A stretch of 64,000 bases of DNA from Octopus vulgaris (taxonomy: Eukaryota). A program made the position numbers and the translations under genes. Of the stretch, positions 27,133-38,902 are shown in pieces. The stretch covers positions 3,410,001-3,474,000 of the forward strand of contig OX597840.1 of NCBI GenBank assembly GCA_951406725.2, written 5' to 3'. The notes under the pieces were generated by a model, which worked only from the letters and a program-made list of their open reading frames with translations, did not search any database and had not been told where the DNA came from. Position 1 is the stretch's first letter. The number at the start of each line of letters is the position of its first letter.

Positions 27133-30100
27133 CTACAGGATCATGCTCAAAATGGTTTCGTTACTAGCACGCACCATCTTTGCAACATTCACCCATCTTT
27201 TATTGAATCTTTCGCGAGACAAAACTTCCCTCTCCATTCTCACCTTCCTTTTCAAGTGGTACTTGAAAAAGTTGATGAGCGAATGGCCAGAGAGGTAAGT
27301 GTTTGTCTCTAATCCTTTCGCTCGAGTCCACCACACACATTCTTTCACCATGGCCACCAGTACGATGAAAACTGCCTTGCCTTCCCGGTTGAGGGAAGGG
27401 GGCGGAGCAATTCTCACGATAGACTCGGCCGATAGGCGGATTCGTCCCACACGTGACAGCAGCCGTTCGGCATAAGCCCACAGGTCGGAAATGGTTGGAC
27501 ATTGCACGAGTGCGTGCAGAACGGTTTCGTCGCTCTGACCGCATCTCGGGCAAGTCGGTCCAGTGTGTCTGGAACCGTGTCTGTAGAGCTTATCCCGAAC
27601 AGGTAATGCTTCTCGATAGCACTGCCAGGCCAGGGATCTTTGGTGATTGTTCATAGGTCCCGGCCCGAAAGTTGTCCTGAACAGGCGGGTCAGGTGTTCC
27701 TCGTCGACGCCCAGACTCTGCCCGAGTTCGTCGTCGCACCTCCCCTCCACTAATCCTCTATAGAATGCCTTTGTTGTGATGGAGTCGCACAAGTTCGATC
27801 CCGGACGGCAGAGTTGCTTGAGAGCAACGCGACACTCACGGTGCCATTCGCCTAGCCTCGGTCTCTGCTTGATCCATGACTGTAGTTCGTCCAAGGAGAC
27901 GAGCTGCGGGAAAGCGCGCCGCACAAAAGGCGACCACCCCTGTTCACCGTTGTCTATGAAGCGCCGGAGATGTCGCAGTCTCAGCGCATGTCTGCGCATC
28001 ATCAACCACGGCATGCCCAGCCCTCCATTTAGCGGGTGTTGGCAGCAAATGGATCGCCTGACCATCGGAACGTTTCCCTTCCACAAGAAGCGGAAGAGTA
28101 TGCGTTCCAGTTTGGTGATGGTAGGGTCGGGACAAGGCACGACGGTCAGACGGTACTCGATGACGGATGCGATGTACGCGTTCGCCACCTCCGCCCGACC
28201 TTTTAGGGATAGCTTTCTCTCAGTCCATTTCTGGGTGAGAGTAGCCACCCTAGTCGTTATCTCGCCCCAGTTCTTCTCCATTTGGAGGTCCGGTCCGAAC
28301 CAGACCCCGAGCAATTTAACCGGTCCGTCCGTCCAGCGTCCCACGATGGAGACGCTGTTGGACGGCATGGGCTTGCTTCTCCAGGTGCCGAGCCGCAAGC
28401 CCACTGACTTTTCCCGGTTAATTTTTGCTCCCGTTACCGCTTCGTATTCTTTCAGTGTCTCGCCGACCAGCTCGATGTGCTCGTAGCTCGACACTATGAC
28501 GGTGACGTCATCCGCGTATGCAGACACGCTCCTCCCGCATCCCAGCCCTCGTGGGATGCCCCTCAGCGTCGCCAGTTTCCGCAGTAGTGGCTCAAGAGTC
28601 AGTACATACAGCAGCGATGAGAGGGGGCATCCTTGACGAACCGAACGCATGATGTTAAAAGGTCTGGATAGATGACCATTTACGCGAACTACTGAGCGGA
28701 TGCCGCTGTATAAGGCAGCGATCCAACTGCGGAAAACTGGACCGAAACCAGCCGCTTTGAGGACAGCCTCCAAGTAGTGATGGTCTACCCTATCGAAGGC
28801 TTTTGATTGATCCAAATTGATCAGCGCCCCACCCATGCCAGGATTTTTAACTACCCTGTCTATGATGTAGCGCATCAGATGGAGGTTGTCATGAATACTT
28901 CTACCCGTCACGGCGCATGTTTGCGCCTTGTCGATTAGTTTCTTGATGACAAGCGCCAACCTCTCGGCTAACACCTTGGCCAAAATTTTCAAATCTGCGT
29001 TGAGCAGAGTGATGGGCCTGAAATTATCTATGACGTCCCCCTTGTTTGGGTCTTTCTTGATCAGTGTCACTGCTCCTCGCTTTACAAAAGCAGGAATACT
29101 CCCGTTCTGCTGCCAGTTGCAGTAGACAGCTGCCAAGACGCCTCCAAACAAGTCTGGCATATGAAAATAAAATTCGTAGGGCAGACCATCCAAGCCTGGT
29201 GACTTGTCTCTCGCGCAGCCTACCATCGCATCCTGTACGTCCGCAGCTGTGATAGGCTTTTCACAAGACTCCACCTCCCTTGCTGAGAGTCGTGGCAAGG
29301 CATGCAGGTAGGCACTAAAGTCCACTCTGCTTTCTGACTCACCACTTGTCCCAAACAGTTGGGTGAAGTGTTGTTGAAAAACCCCACACATCCTTTTAGG
29401 CTCGAGTAATTCGCGCCCCTGTTCATCTATAAGAGACTTGATGGTGGCTCTGTTGCCTCGTTGCGTCTCCACCACTCGGGCCTCTTGGGCGGCTCCAACT
29501 CCTTCGTTCCTCAGAGCACGCATCCTAGCTCTGACAACGCATCCCTCGTGTTTGGCGTTGAGGTGTTGGTCGAGGGCCAATCTCGCCGCCAGTACGTTGG
29601 ACGCGATGCCAGTTCTAAGTGCCTCTTCTAAAACCTTAACTAATTCTCCCTCTACTCTGTTTCGGTCTAATGCTAGGGCTCTACTGTATCTGACTGATTC
29701 TGCTTTAATCGCTTTTTTTAGGGAATACCACCATCTGTTGTTGATGATGGTACCCGTCAAAGCTCTCTTAACTAATGTGCTGATCCGGTCCCTGTAAACC
29801 TGTCGTGCTGTAAAAGACGCGTTCAGTTTCCAGTAACCAGGACCCTGCCTATGTGTCTTATCTAAGTCAAGTGTACAAGTCACAAACTTGTAATCTGTGT
29901 AACTGACTATATGAAATTGTGGACAACCTACACTATTTTTATCTATTGTCCTACAGAATACTCTATCTAAGTATGATCTGGACGACCCGATGCGGTTACT
30001 CCATGTCCACACTGGCACATTCGGGTGGTCTAGTCGGTACCTGTCAGACAGTTGGAAACGTCTGAGCAGGTCTTTGAGGCATTTGCATCCCCTTCTATTG

Positions 30101-30570
30101 CTATCTCTGCCCACGTAGTCTAGATGCGTGTCCAGGGTGGCATTCCAATCCCCCACTAAAAGTAAAGGACGAGACGTTCCCATGAAAGACTCTAGACGTC
30201 GAAAGAAATCTGGTCGGCCTGTTAAGGACGGAGCATAAACTGCTATCAGTCGAAAAGCACACTCATTGCTGCCATCGACATCCAAAACGACCAGCCTACC
30301 CTCCGGGTCTAGGAAATTTGCTCTTACTTTGAGATCCAGACTCTTCCGGATAAGCACCGCGGTGCCACCTCCGCCCATTCTCGGTAGACACGGAGAAAAA
30401 TAAATGTTGAAATGTGTACCGAAAATGTGCTGGAGTGCCCGCAAGCTGTGGAGTCTGGTCTCACTGATGGCTATGATATTCAGATTTAGTGACTTGATGT
30501 CATTTAACAGGTAGCCTTGTTTCCAAGGCGACCCCAAGCCACGTACATTTATACTACCTATTCTGAGCAT
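27133..30570 (-). CDS. Retrotransposon ORF2: APE endonuclease, reverse transcriptase and C-terminal CCHC finger (1145 aa from first ATG)
   Basis: Uninterrupted frame. APE motifs GSINVRGL, ISET, VGDWNA, YLDRVF; linker GPGYWKLN; RT motifs KSPGLDGLP, FRPITLLNADLKILAK, LDQSKAFDRVDH, VRQGCPLS, AYADD; C-terminal CPRC-x8-H-x4-C. Confidence 0.95.
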   Translation of the reverse strand: MLRIGSINVRGLGSPWKQGYLLNDIKSLNLNIIAISETRLHSLRALQHIFGTHFNIYFSPCLPRMGGGGTAVLIRKSLDLKVRANFLDPEGRLVVLDVDGSNECAFRLIAVYAPSLTGRPDFFRRLESFMGTSRPLLLVGDWNATLDTHLDYVGRDSNRRGCKCLKDLLRRFQLSDRYRLDHPNVPVWTWSNRIGSSRSYLDRVFCRTIDKNSVGCPQFHIVSYTDYKFVTCTLDLDKTHRQGPGYWKLNASFTARQVYRDRISTLVKRALTGTIINNRWWYSLKKAIKAESVRYSRALALDRNRVEGELVKVLEEALRTGIASNVLAARLALDQHLNAKHEGCVVRARMRALRNEGVGAAQEARVVETQRGNRATIKSLIDEQGRELLEPKRMCGVFQQHFTQLFGTSGESESRVDFSAYLHALPRLSAREVESCEKPITAADVQDAMVGCARDKSPGLDGLPYEFYFHMPDLFGGVLAAVYCNWQQNGSIPAFVKRGAVTLIKKDPNKGDVIDNFRPITLLNADLKILAKVLAERLALVIKKLIDKAQTCAVTGRSIHDNLHLMRYIIDRVVKNPGMGGALINLDQSKAFDRVDHHYLEAVLKAAGFGPVFRSWIAALYSGIRSVVRVNGHLSRPFNIMRSVRQGCPLSSLLYVLTLEPLLRKLATLRGIPRGLGCGRSVSAYADDVTVIVSSYEHIELVGETLKEYEAVTGAKINREKSVGLRLGTWRSKPMPSNSVSIVGRWTDGPVKLLGVWFGPDLQMEKNWGEITTRVATLTQKWTERKLSLKGRAEVANAYIASVIEYRLTVVPCPDPTITKLERILFRFLWKGNVPMVRRSICCQHPLNGGLGMPWLMMRRHALRLRHLRRFIDNGEQGWSPFVRRAFPQLVSLDELQSWIKQRPRLGEWHRECRVALKQLCRPGSNLCDSITTKAFYRGLVEGRCDDELGQSLGVDEEHLTRLFRTTFGPGPMNNHQRSLAWQCYREALPVRDKLYRHGSRHTGPTCPRCGQSDETVLHALVQCPTISDLWAYAERLLSRVGRIRLSAESIVRIAPPPSLNREGKAVFIVLVAMVKECVWWTRAKGLETNTYLSGHSLINFFKYHLKRKVRMEREVLSRERFNKRWVNVAKMVRASNETILSMIL

Positions 30571-30612
30571 GTTCCGATAAAAGTGCAAAAAAGGAAAAGG
30601 AGAGAGAAAAGG

Positions 30613-32412
30613 TTACTTGTTTTCCGAAAGTTCTTTGTCTTTCACCTCACGGTCTTCTTCTATGAGGCTTTTATACAGTTTTTTTGATGAGTACTTTTGA
30701 AATCTCCCTACTGCATCAGGGTAAAGAGATTTCAGGGTGCTGTATGTGTTCTGTGTCACGTGTATTATTTTAATGTGTTGTGGTGGTGTTGTGTGTGGGT
30801 GGTTACTTGTTTTTATGTCGTTTTCAGTAATGTTAGTGTTTGACCTAATGTGTTCCATTAGGTCGTGGTTGTTTGTGTTTATGGCTGTCAACATTTTTGG
30901 GGGGTTTGATGATGGTGTGTTTGTGTTGATGTGTGTGTTTTCTGTGGATGTTTTTGTTTCGGGAGTGGTGTATCTTCCCGCTTTGTTTGTTATTTTTTCT
31001 TTTCTTTTTTTTCCCCTTTTTCTTCTCCCCCCTGTGGCTATTTGCCAATCTTCCGTGTCTTCTTCGTCTAATGACAGATCAGACGAATCGGAGTCTGGAA
31101 GAGGGAAAGTATTGGGGTCTATTGTCGACTGTGTTGGTTTTGTTGTTGGTGTTGGTTGGTGAGCGTTTGGTTGTGGTGTGTGCGGTTTTGGATGTGGGGT
31201 TTGGGTATTTTGTGTTTGAGTGATTGTGGGTATTGTTGTGTTGTTTAGGGTCTCAATTTTGTGGGGATTTGGAGTTGTAATTGTTTCTTCATTTATGCTG
31301 GGTGTCTTTTTGGCAGATGTCCTTGGTTTGGGAGTTGGTATATTCTTGGTTGTTGTTGTTGGTGATGCTGCTTCTGTTCTTGGTGCTGCAGTTGGTGTGG
31401 TTGTTTGTTTGGTGAGGTTTGTTCCTGCAAAAAGTGGTGTGGGTAGTAGACCTTGTTTATTTGTTTTTGTTTCCGGCTGCTGTTGTTTTCTTGCGGCAGA
31501 TTTGCAGTCTTTTTTGAGATGTTGCTCACTGCCGCATATGTAGCAACGTGGTCTTCTGCCATCGACGACCACATATAACTTGTGGTCGTCTGATACACAT
31601 ATCTGGGTGGGTATTTTTTTTATATCTTCATGATGTATATGTAGAAGAAATTCTATTTTCTTTCCCACCCAGTTTTTATGCTCTGTGACTGTGGTTTCCA
31701 AAATAGTATAATTCGCCATTTTTATGCATAAAGCCTTTACAAGCCATAGACTATTGGCTATTTTGGGGACATTGTTTAGAGTGATCTTAGTCACTTTCTG
31801 TCCCCGATAGCTTGGTGTAAGTTGGAGTTCATCTGAGTGAAGAGTTAGCGTTGAGAAATGTCTAGCTAACTCTTCGGTGTAGAAAACGACTTGTATGTGG
31901 GCAAATTTGTTCCACCAGGTTACATATTCTTTGTGATCCCAGATGGGTTTCAGGCACTTCTCTATTTTGCCTGTGTTGGCCTTCTCTGGGATTTTTGTTT
32001 TTTTGTTAACTATTTTATAAATGATTGTTCGTCTTTTTTCATTTTCCAAAATATCTTCTGGTATGTTAATTTTTACGATACCTTCTGATTCTGTTATTTT
32101 GATGTTCGTGTCCTGTAATTGTTGAGCCGTAAAGTATATTGTTGTTTTTTTTTCTTTAATCGCCTCAGCGAAATTTGTTGTTGTTTTGTTATTGTTGTTG
32201 CTTGTGGTGATGTTGTTGGCTGCAGTTTGTAAAATTGGTGTGTTAGGTTCGATCGTGCAAGTAGGAAGGGGTGGAAAATTGCCTGCGTACTTTAGTCCTG
32301 CACTAGGGCAAAATTCGACATTTCGTTTGCTTGTCGTCGTTATTTTTTCACTTGTTGGTGATGGAGTGAGCAGTGGTTGGGGGAGTTGTTGTTGTCGTCG
32401 TTGTTGTTGTTG
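30613..32412 (-). CDS. Retrotransposon ORF1 (gag-like, one CCHC zinc knuckle); true start lies further upstream and appears frameshifted
   Basis: CYICGSEQHLKKDC knuckle, Thr/Pro-rich linker, basic patch WQIATGGRRKRGKKRK. By hand translation the frame stays open beyond the annotated TTG at 32049 up to a TAA at 32413-32415. Confidence 0.85.
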   Translation of the reverse strand, partial: QQQQRRQQQLPQPLLTPSPTSEKITTTSKRNVEFCPSAGLKYAGNFPPLPTCTIEPNTPILQTAANNITTSNNNNKTTTNFAEAIKEKKTTIYFTAQQLQDTNIKITESEGIVKINIPEDILENEKRRTIIYKIVNKKTKIPEKANTGKIEKCLKPIWDHKEYVTWWNKFAHIQVVFYTEELARHFSTLTLHSDELQLTPSYRGQKVTKITLNNVPKIANSLWLVKALCIKMANYTILETTVTEHKNWVGKKIEFLLHIHHEDIKKIPTQICVSDDHKLYVVVDGRRPRCYICGSEQHLKKDCKSAARKQQQPETKTNKQGLLPTPLFAGTNLTKQTTTPTAAPRTEAASPTTTTKNIPTPKPRTSAKKTPSINEETITTPNPHKIETLNNTTIPTITQTQNTQTPHPKPHTPQPNAHQPTPTTKPTQSTIDPNTFPLPDSDSSDLSLDEEDTEDWQIATGGRRKRGKKRKEKITNKAGRYTTPETKTSTENTHINTNTPSSNPPKMLTAINTNNHDLMEHIRSNTNITENDIKTSNHPHTTPPQHIKIIHVTQNTYSTLKSLYPDAVGRFQKYSSKKLYKSLIEEDREVKDKELSENK

Positions 32413-32970
32413 TTATTGTCGTTCTTGGTGACGGCTGTGGTGTTGGTAGTATTTGTAGCATTGACGGCACGGTCTTTGGTGGCGGTGATGGTGATGTTGG
32501 TGTTGTTATTGGTGGCAATATCTTTAGTAGGGATAGCAGTTTTAGTAGCAGATTCTGCCATGGTGTTGGTGGTGGTGGTGGACTCACTGATGGTGTTGAC
32601 GGTGCTTGGCCTTGCGACCTTTGTTTTGTATTTGTTGCTGTTGGTGGTGGTGGAGTTGTCGAGGTTCGGCGTATGCTAACAGAGCATCCTGTTTTTCTGT
32701 TTCTCCGTCACGCTTGACTTGCAACTCAGCCTCGTGGTGGTCAGTGGCCATTTTGGAAATAAAATGGCTAAATGAAACCACGAAGGCTATGAGAATTTTT
32801 CTTTTAAATTTTGCCCACAAGGGGCAAAATTTTGTGTCGATATTTATCAAAGGTTTACAGTGGATGTTGTTGTACAACTTTTAAGCAAAAAATGTTTGTC
32901 AATATACACTTTTAAATAGTCAAAATAAATGATTACCTTCGGAGCCGAAACGACATCACATCCGTCAGTC

Positions 32971-32972
<2 letters not shown>

Positions 32973-33021
<49 letters not shown>

Positions 33022-33033
33022 GTAGATAGATAA

Positions 33034-33104
<71 letters not shown>
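32973..33104. repeat. (GATA)n microsatellite at the 5' junction of the Tx1-like element
   Basis: Near-pure GATA run directly abutting the 5'UTR, same orientation as the 3' tract. Confidence 0.95.
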
Positions 33105-33165
33105 TAGGCAACACTGCGGATGAGTACTTGAGGGTGCGTGGGTTGATATTTCTCCGTATTGAATA

Positions 33166-33221
<56 letters not shown>

Positions 33222-33223
<2 letters not shown>

Positions 33224-33371
33224 GGTTCGGCAAAAGAGACCGATAGAATAAGTACTGGGATTACAAAGAATAAGTCCCGGGCTCGATTTGCCCGACCAAA
33301 AGGCGGTGCTCCAGCATGGCCGCAGTCAAATGACTGAAACATATAAAAGATAAAAGAATAAAATAAAAGAG
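33222..33371 (+). mobile_element. SINE family A, 3' portion
   Basis: CGGTTCGGCAAAAGAGACCGATAGAATAAGTACT..CCAGCATGGCCGCAGTCAAATGACTGAAAC. Confidence 0.85.
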
Positions 33372-33394
33372 TATATATATATATATATATATAC

Positions 33395-33452
<58 letters not shown>

Positions 33453-33950
33453 CCTTTAAGTATGAATACACGAATAGATGCGTACCTTGTGTCTCCGACA
33501 TTAATAGCCATTGGCAAGCTAAGGTCACCGGCCGGTTAGTGTCGCTGTTACATAAACAGTTGGCCTGTTGTGCTGCTCATTGAAGCAGCTCTTTACTGCG
33601 TTGTGTGACATATATTTTAGATCATACCTGTTTGGCATTAACTCTTGAACTTTCCGCAAAAATAGATTGAGATACACAGATATATATATATTCAGAAATA
33701 AACATACGTGCAAGCATGTCTGTGTGTAAGTGTGTAAGTGGTTGTGTCTGTGTGTCTCTGTTCGTGTACATGAGTAAATGTATGTGAATATGGATTTATA
33801 CTTGTGTGTTGCCATATTTGGTATATTTTTATGTGTATTACACGTACAAGTATATACAAGTATATACAAAATACTGTTCCACACACACTGCTCCACGGAC
33901 GCATGGAAGCAAGCTTAAACTTTCTTTTAATGTGCATGCTCTTGTTACGA

Positions 33951-33994
<44 letters not shown>

Positions 33995-34233
33995 AAGTGT
34001 ATCGTAGCAATAGTGTGGTTCAAGTCATAGATCAATAATAAACATTATGTAATATAGAATTCTATACATAATTTAGAGTATAGATAAGTTGATAGACAGA
34101 TGGATAGAAAGACAAAGACAGACGGATAGATAGATAGATAGATACATACATACATACATACATACATACATACATACGTAGATAGAAAGGTTGATAGATA
34201 GGTAGATTGATTGATTGATGGATAGATAGATAC

Positions 34234-34273
<40 letters not shown>

Positions 34274-34274
34274 G

Positions 34275-34321
<47 letters not shown>

Positions 34322-34540
34322 GTAGATAGATAGATAGACACAGATAGATTGATGGGGATAGATGAATGGATGGATACATAGATAGATAGATACATACATA
34401 CATACATGCATACATACATACATACATACATACATACGTAGATAGAGAGGTTGATAGATAGGTAGATTAATTGATTGATGGATAGATAGGTAGATAGACA
34501 CAGATAGATTGATGGATGGATGGGGATAGATGAATGGATG

Positions 34541-34614
<74 letters not shown>

Positions 34615-35764
34615 CGGGCAGACATGCATATATGTACGTGCAGACCTACATATATACATACATACATGCCTACATATTCTGTCTTTTTCTCTTCTAAGCC
34701 TGACTCTCAGTATATATCTCCGCCTTTTCCTCATACACCTCGCTCCCTCTCCCCTTCACTCACCGCCTTTATTCCTCATCCATTTCACCGATTCTCCTTT
34801 TCTGATAACCTCTCCGCCCCGCTCTTTGGCACGCGGCCCCAAATTAATCTGCATTACTTAAACAGAGGAAAGTATTGAAGCGGAAAGCTCTGATGAACAC
34901 CTTCATCGGCTGCATTCTGGAAGTTACCGCAGCCAATTAACCTCGGAATAACTAATTTTCAAGATATAACCCTAGACTGATATGACAGAAAATACCAAAC
35001 CTATAGGATATAGACAGGGAAAAGCCAATAAAGGGGTCTTCTACAATACGGGTGAAAACTTCACACCGCCCAACAAATTTCTACTACATTTTAATATGAA
35101 GCTTGCACAATGAGGAAACGTCTTATAAATCACGTGAAAGTAATGGAGAACGACTTCAGAGCCTTACATTGCCCCCAGTGTGTAACTGGTTCTTATTTTA
35201 TCGACTCTTAGAAAGAAGGTTATTAATTGTGTAACTTCGAAGTTTTAGACAGTTACGCCGTCGTCATCGAGTTCGAAAAGATGAAAGGCAACGTCGACCA
35301 GGGTGGAATTTGAACTCAGAACGTGAAGATCGTCGAAATGCCACCAAGCATTTTGTCCAGCGCGGTAACGATTCTGCCAGCTCGCCGCATTTTTTGTTGA
35401 AACAAAAATAATGCTTTCTATAAGGCTGGAAATTTTGCGGGAGGTCACGAGTCGATTACATCAACCCCAGTGTTTCACTCGTACTTATTTTATCAACTCC
35501 GAAAGGATGAAAAGCACAGTCGAAAAAAAAAATAATAATTTTTATAAGGGTTTATCTTTATGACTTTTTTGAAACTATAGGTTAATTACCTTTTCAGCAG
35601 ATATTAGATACACTCCCTGCATTTCCTTATATAGTTCTAATATGCCCATGGTACCAAATAATGTCTGTACTCTGTGCCAAATTGCTCTCAAACCACAAAT
35701 TACTTTTCTTATTAAAAATGTGTGCAACATGCTGGAAACATTCTGATATATAGGCGATCTGAAA

Positions 35765-35967
35765 GGCGGCGAGCTGGCAGAATCGCTAGCACGCCGGACA
35801 AAATGCGTAGCGGTATTTCGCCTTTCTTTACGTTCCAAGTTCAAATTCCGACGAGGTCGACTTTGCCTTTCATCCTTTCGTGGTCGATAAATTAATTACC
35901 AGTTACGCACTTTGTCTGTCCTGGTTTGTCCCCTCTATGTTTAGCCCTTTGGGGCAGTAAAGAAATA
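35765..35967 (+). mobile_element. SINE family B with 19-bp TSD and 12 extra 5' nucleotides
   Basis: GGAAACATTCTGATATATA at 35734-35752 and 35968-35986. Confidence 0.92.
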
Positions 35968-36089
35968 GGAAACATTCTGATATATAAAAGCTTGTGTATG
36001 GGGAACCCATCTCAACAGCACAAAAATTGATATAAAGCTATGCTAAATAACGTGGTGATTAAACCACCTATGCAAAGTAAAGGTAAAGT

Positions 36090-36298
36090 TTTCCAGCTTC
36101 CTTGGCCTATAAATTGCCTACCTGGAAGGGACGCCGGTCCTTCGCAGTATTACTCGTTTTTTTACTAGCTGAGTGGACTGCAACAACGTGAAATAAAGTG
36201 TTTTACTCAAGAACACAACGCGTCACCCAGTCCAGGAACCGAAACAACAATCTTACGATCATGAGTCCAACACCTTAACCACTAGGACATACACCTCC
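36090..36298 (-). mobile_element. tRNA-derived SINE related to family C
   Basis: Minus strand GGAGGTGTATGTCCTAGTGGTTAAGG..GTTTCGGTTCC..GTGTTCTTGAGTAAAACACTT..GGACCGGCGTCCC. Confidence 0.7.
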
Positions 36299-37508
36299 AC
36301 ACCTGGTCTATATGATATACAATAAATCACTTAATATTTTTAGAAGTACACCTGGTATATGTTCAGAGAGTTCTACCTTGAAGTAAGCTGCTAATCATTT
36401 ATTCCTAAGAGCTCCCTATATTTTGGAAGAAAGCACATAATCAATTAAAATCGACCCCAGTGCTTCATTGATATTTGTTTTTTTTTATTTTCTCAACCCC
36501 AGAAAAATGAAAAGCAAAATTTATCCTGACAAAATTGGAAGTCAAAATATAAAAGCGTTTAACGAAATTCAATAACGAAGTTTCTCCGACAATTTAACGA
36601 GTGTGTCAATCTACAATAATTTAGAAAAGTCAGTTAGAGTTGTTAGCGTTTAGGAAGATGTTAAAATTGCTGCCCAAGTTCGGAAAACTGCACAGGAAAC
36701 ACCGAACGTGAAGTATGGAGAGCAGTATCTTAGCGTTAAGCAGTAAGCAGTTTCTAGCTATTTAATAAAACTGTAAGTTTTTCAATAACAATACTATCAA
36801 CGTTAGTTAATACTGCCCAACAAATGCCGGTAATATTACTAAGAGAATCGCTGCTGTATATGACAAAATGCATTGAGTTATGTATTTCCGCCTCAGTACC
36901 TTCTGTTCTAAACTCAAATTGGATTGAGGTGAACGTTAATTTCTATCCTTTCGCGGTCGATAAATGTATCAGTAAAATGCTTGGGTAAATTTAATCGACT
37001 ATATCTTTCCTCAGAATGCGTGAGTTTGTGCTGATGCTAGAAATCAATAGTATAAGTAGAAAACTTACAAAATTTAGTAAATGAAATAAACAGGCGCCCG
37101 AATATGTGTGTAAGAAGAGAAGAGGAATCATTCGCTAAGTAGTAAATTTGTAAGTAAATTAACCATTTACTGTGATAAAAATCACATCCCAAGAGAGCAG
37201 AGAAAGAGCAGCGAGAAACTTCATTCAAATGAATGAGCTTAGTTTTCAATAATGTTTTCTTAGCCATAAATCCACCTTGGCGGTCACAAGGAGGTGGTCT
37301 CTTCATGACTTTATCAACTTTATCACGATACGCATGGTTGCTAAAGGAGCAACGTGTGAAAGACATAAATATTCAATGACTACTTGCTGACCAATCGAAT
37401 TATCAATCTTGCAATATAAACGATACAAAGCTTTGCCGAATCTGGGCTGCTGAAAAATTTATAATATATTTATGCAGATATTTCGATGTATTTTGATTTC
37501 TTTTATAC

Positions 37509-37547
<39 letters not shown>

Positions 37548-37599
37548 CGTGGGTGTGTATGTATGTATGTATGTATATATATATATATATATGTATGTG

Positions 37600-37630
<31 letters not shown>

Positions 37631-37923
37631 ATATGTATGTATGTATATATATATGTATGTATGTACATATATATATATGTATGTATATATATATATAGAT
37701 GTATGTATATATATATATATGTATGTATGTATCTATGTATCTATGTATGCATATGTATATATATATATGTGTGTGTGTGTGTGTGCGTGGGTGTGTATGT
37801 ATGTATGTATATATATATATGTATATATATATATAAAAGTATGTATATATATGTATGTATGTATGTATGTATATGTATGTATGTATATATATATATAGAT
37901 GTATGTATATATATATATGTATA

Positions 37924-37956
<33 letters not shown>

Positions 37957-38000
37957 CTATGTATGCATTATGTATGTATGTACATATATATGTATGTATG

Positions 38001-38049
<49 letters not shown>

Positions 38050-38054
38050 GCATG

Positions 38055-38100
<46 letters not shown>

Positions 38101-38451
38101 CATTATGTATGTATACAGAGACAGAGAGGTGGGAGAGAGACAGGAGAGAGAGAAAGCGGACATCATGCCACAATGCCGTCACAACAAAAATACCACCTGA
38201 CAAATTGCGCCTATGAGAGGAGAAGGTGTACATTGCTATACGAAAAGGAAACAAATTCTCACTGGGAAGGTTAAATGTCCAGGAGCAGGGATCATGTTAT
38301 GCTGATTTTTTTTTGTTAGTCTTTTGGTATTTTCTTTTCTGTGTTGTACGACCTCTTCATGGAAATTGTGAATCGAGAAACTGTAAAGAAAAATAACAAT
38401 TGACAAGAGTGATAGTTTAATATATCAACTCCAAATATATACATACATACA

Positions 38452-38485
<34 letters not shown>

Positions 38486-38486
38486 T

Positions 38487-38592
<106 letters not shown>

Positions 38593-38825
38593 GGATATGT
38601 TTCTTTATTAGCCACACAGGGCTGCACACAGACAGGACAAAATTACAAGGTAGAGCTTTTCTTTTGGGGGTAAAAAAGGGGGGACGTAAGGGAAAGAGGT
38701 GAGGAAAAAAAAATTTTAAAAAGGAAAGGAAAAAAAAATTGATCAATAGGGATCGTTATCACAGAAATGTCAATATGAAGTGTAAAGGGGAGGACAGGTA
38801 AGGTTTACCTGTGGAAAGAAAAGCA
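38593..38825 (-). mobile_element. 5'-truncated 3'UTR of a relative of the Tx1-like element, abutting (GATA)n at 38487-38592
   Basis: Shares in order TTTATTAGCCACACAGGGCTG, GGACAAA, AGAGCTTTTCTTTT, TATCACAGAAAT and GTGGxAAGAAAAGC with 26830-27050. Confidence 0.85.
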
Positions 38826-38844
38826 TTTTGTATTTATATATATA

Positions 38845-38902
<58 letters not shown>

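Larger units (their letters stand above)
26830..32972 (-). mobile_element. Apparently full-length L1/Tx1-clade non-LTR retrotransposon (~6.1 kb) lying between two (GATA)n tracts
   Basis: Two tandem minus-strand ORFs (zinc-knuckle ORF1; APE+RT+CCHC ORF2), ~220 bp 5'UTR, ~300 bp 3'UTR ending GGCTAATAAAAAGAAAG; (GATA)n at 26751-26829 and 32973-33104. Confidence 0.93.

Noticed and set aside
27200-31598. Short ORFs overlapping or antisense to the LINE ORFs
   Set aside because: Shadow frames with no recognisable motifs
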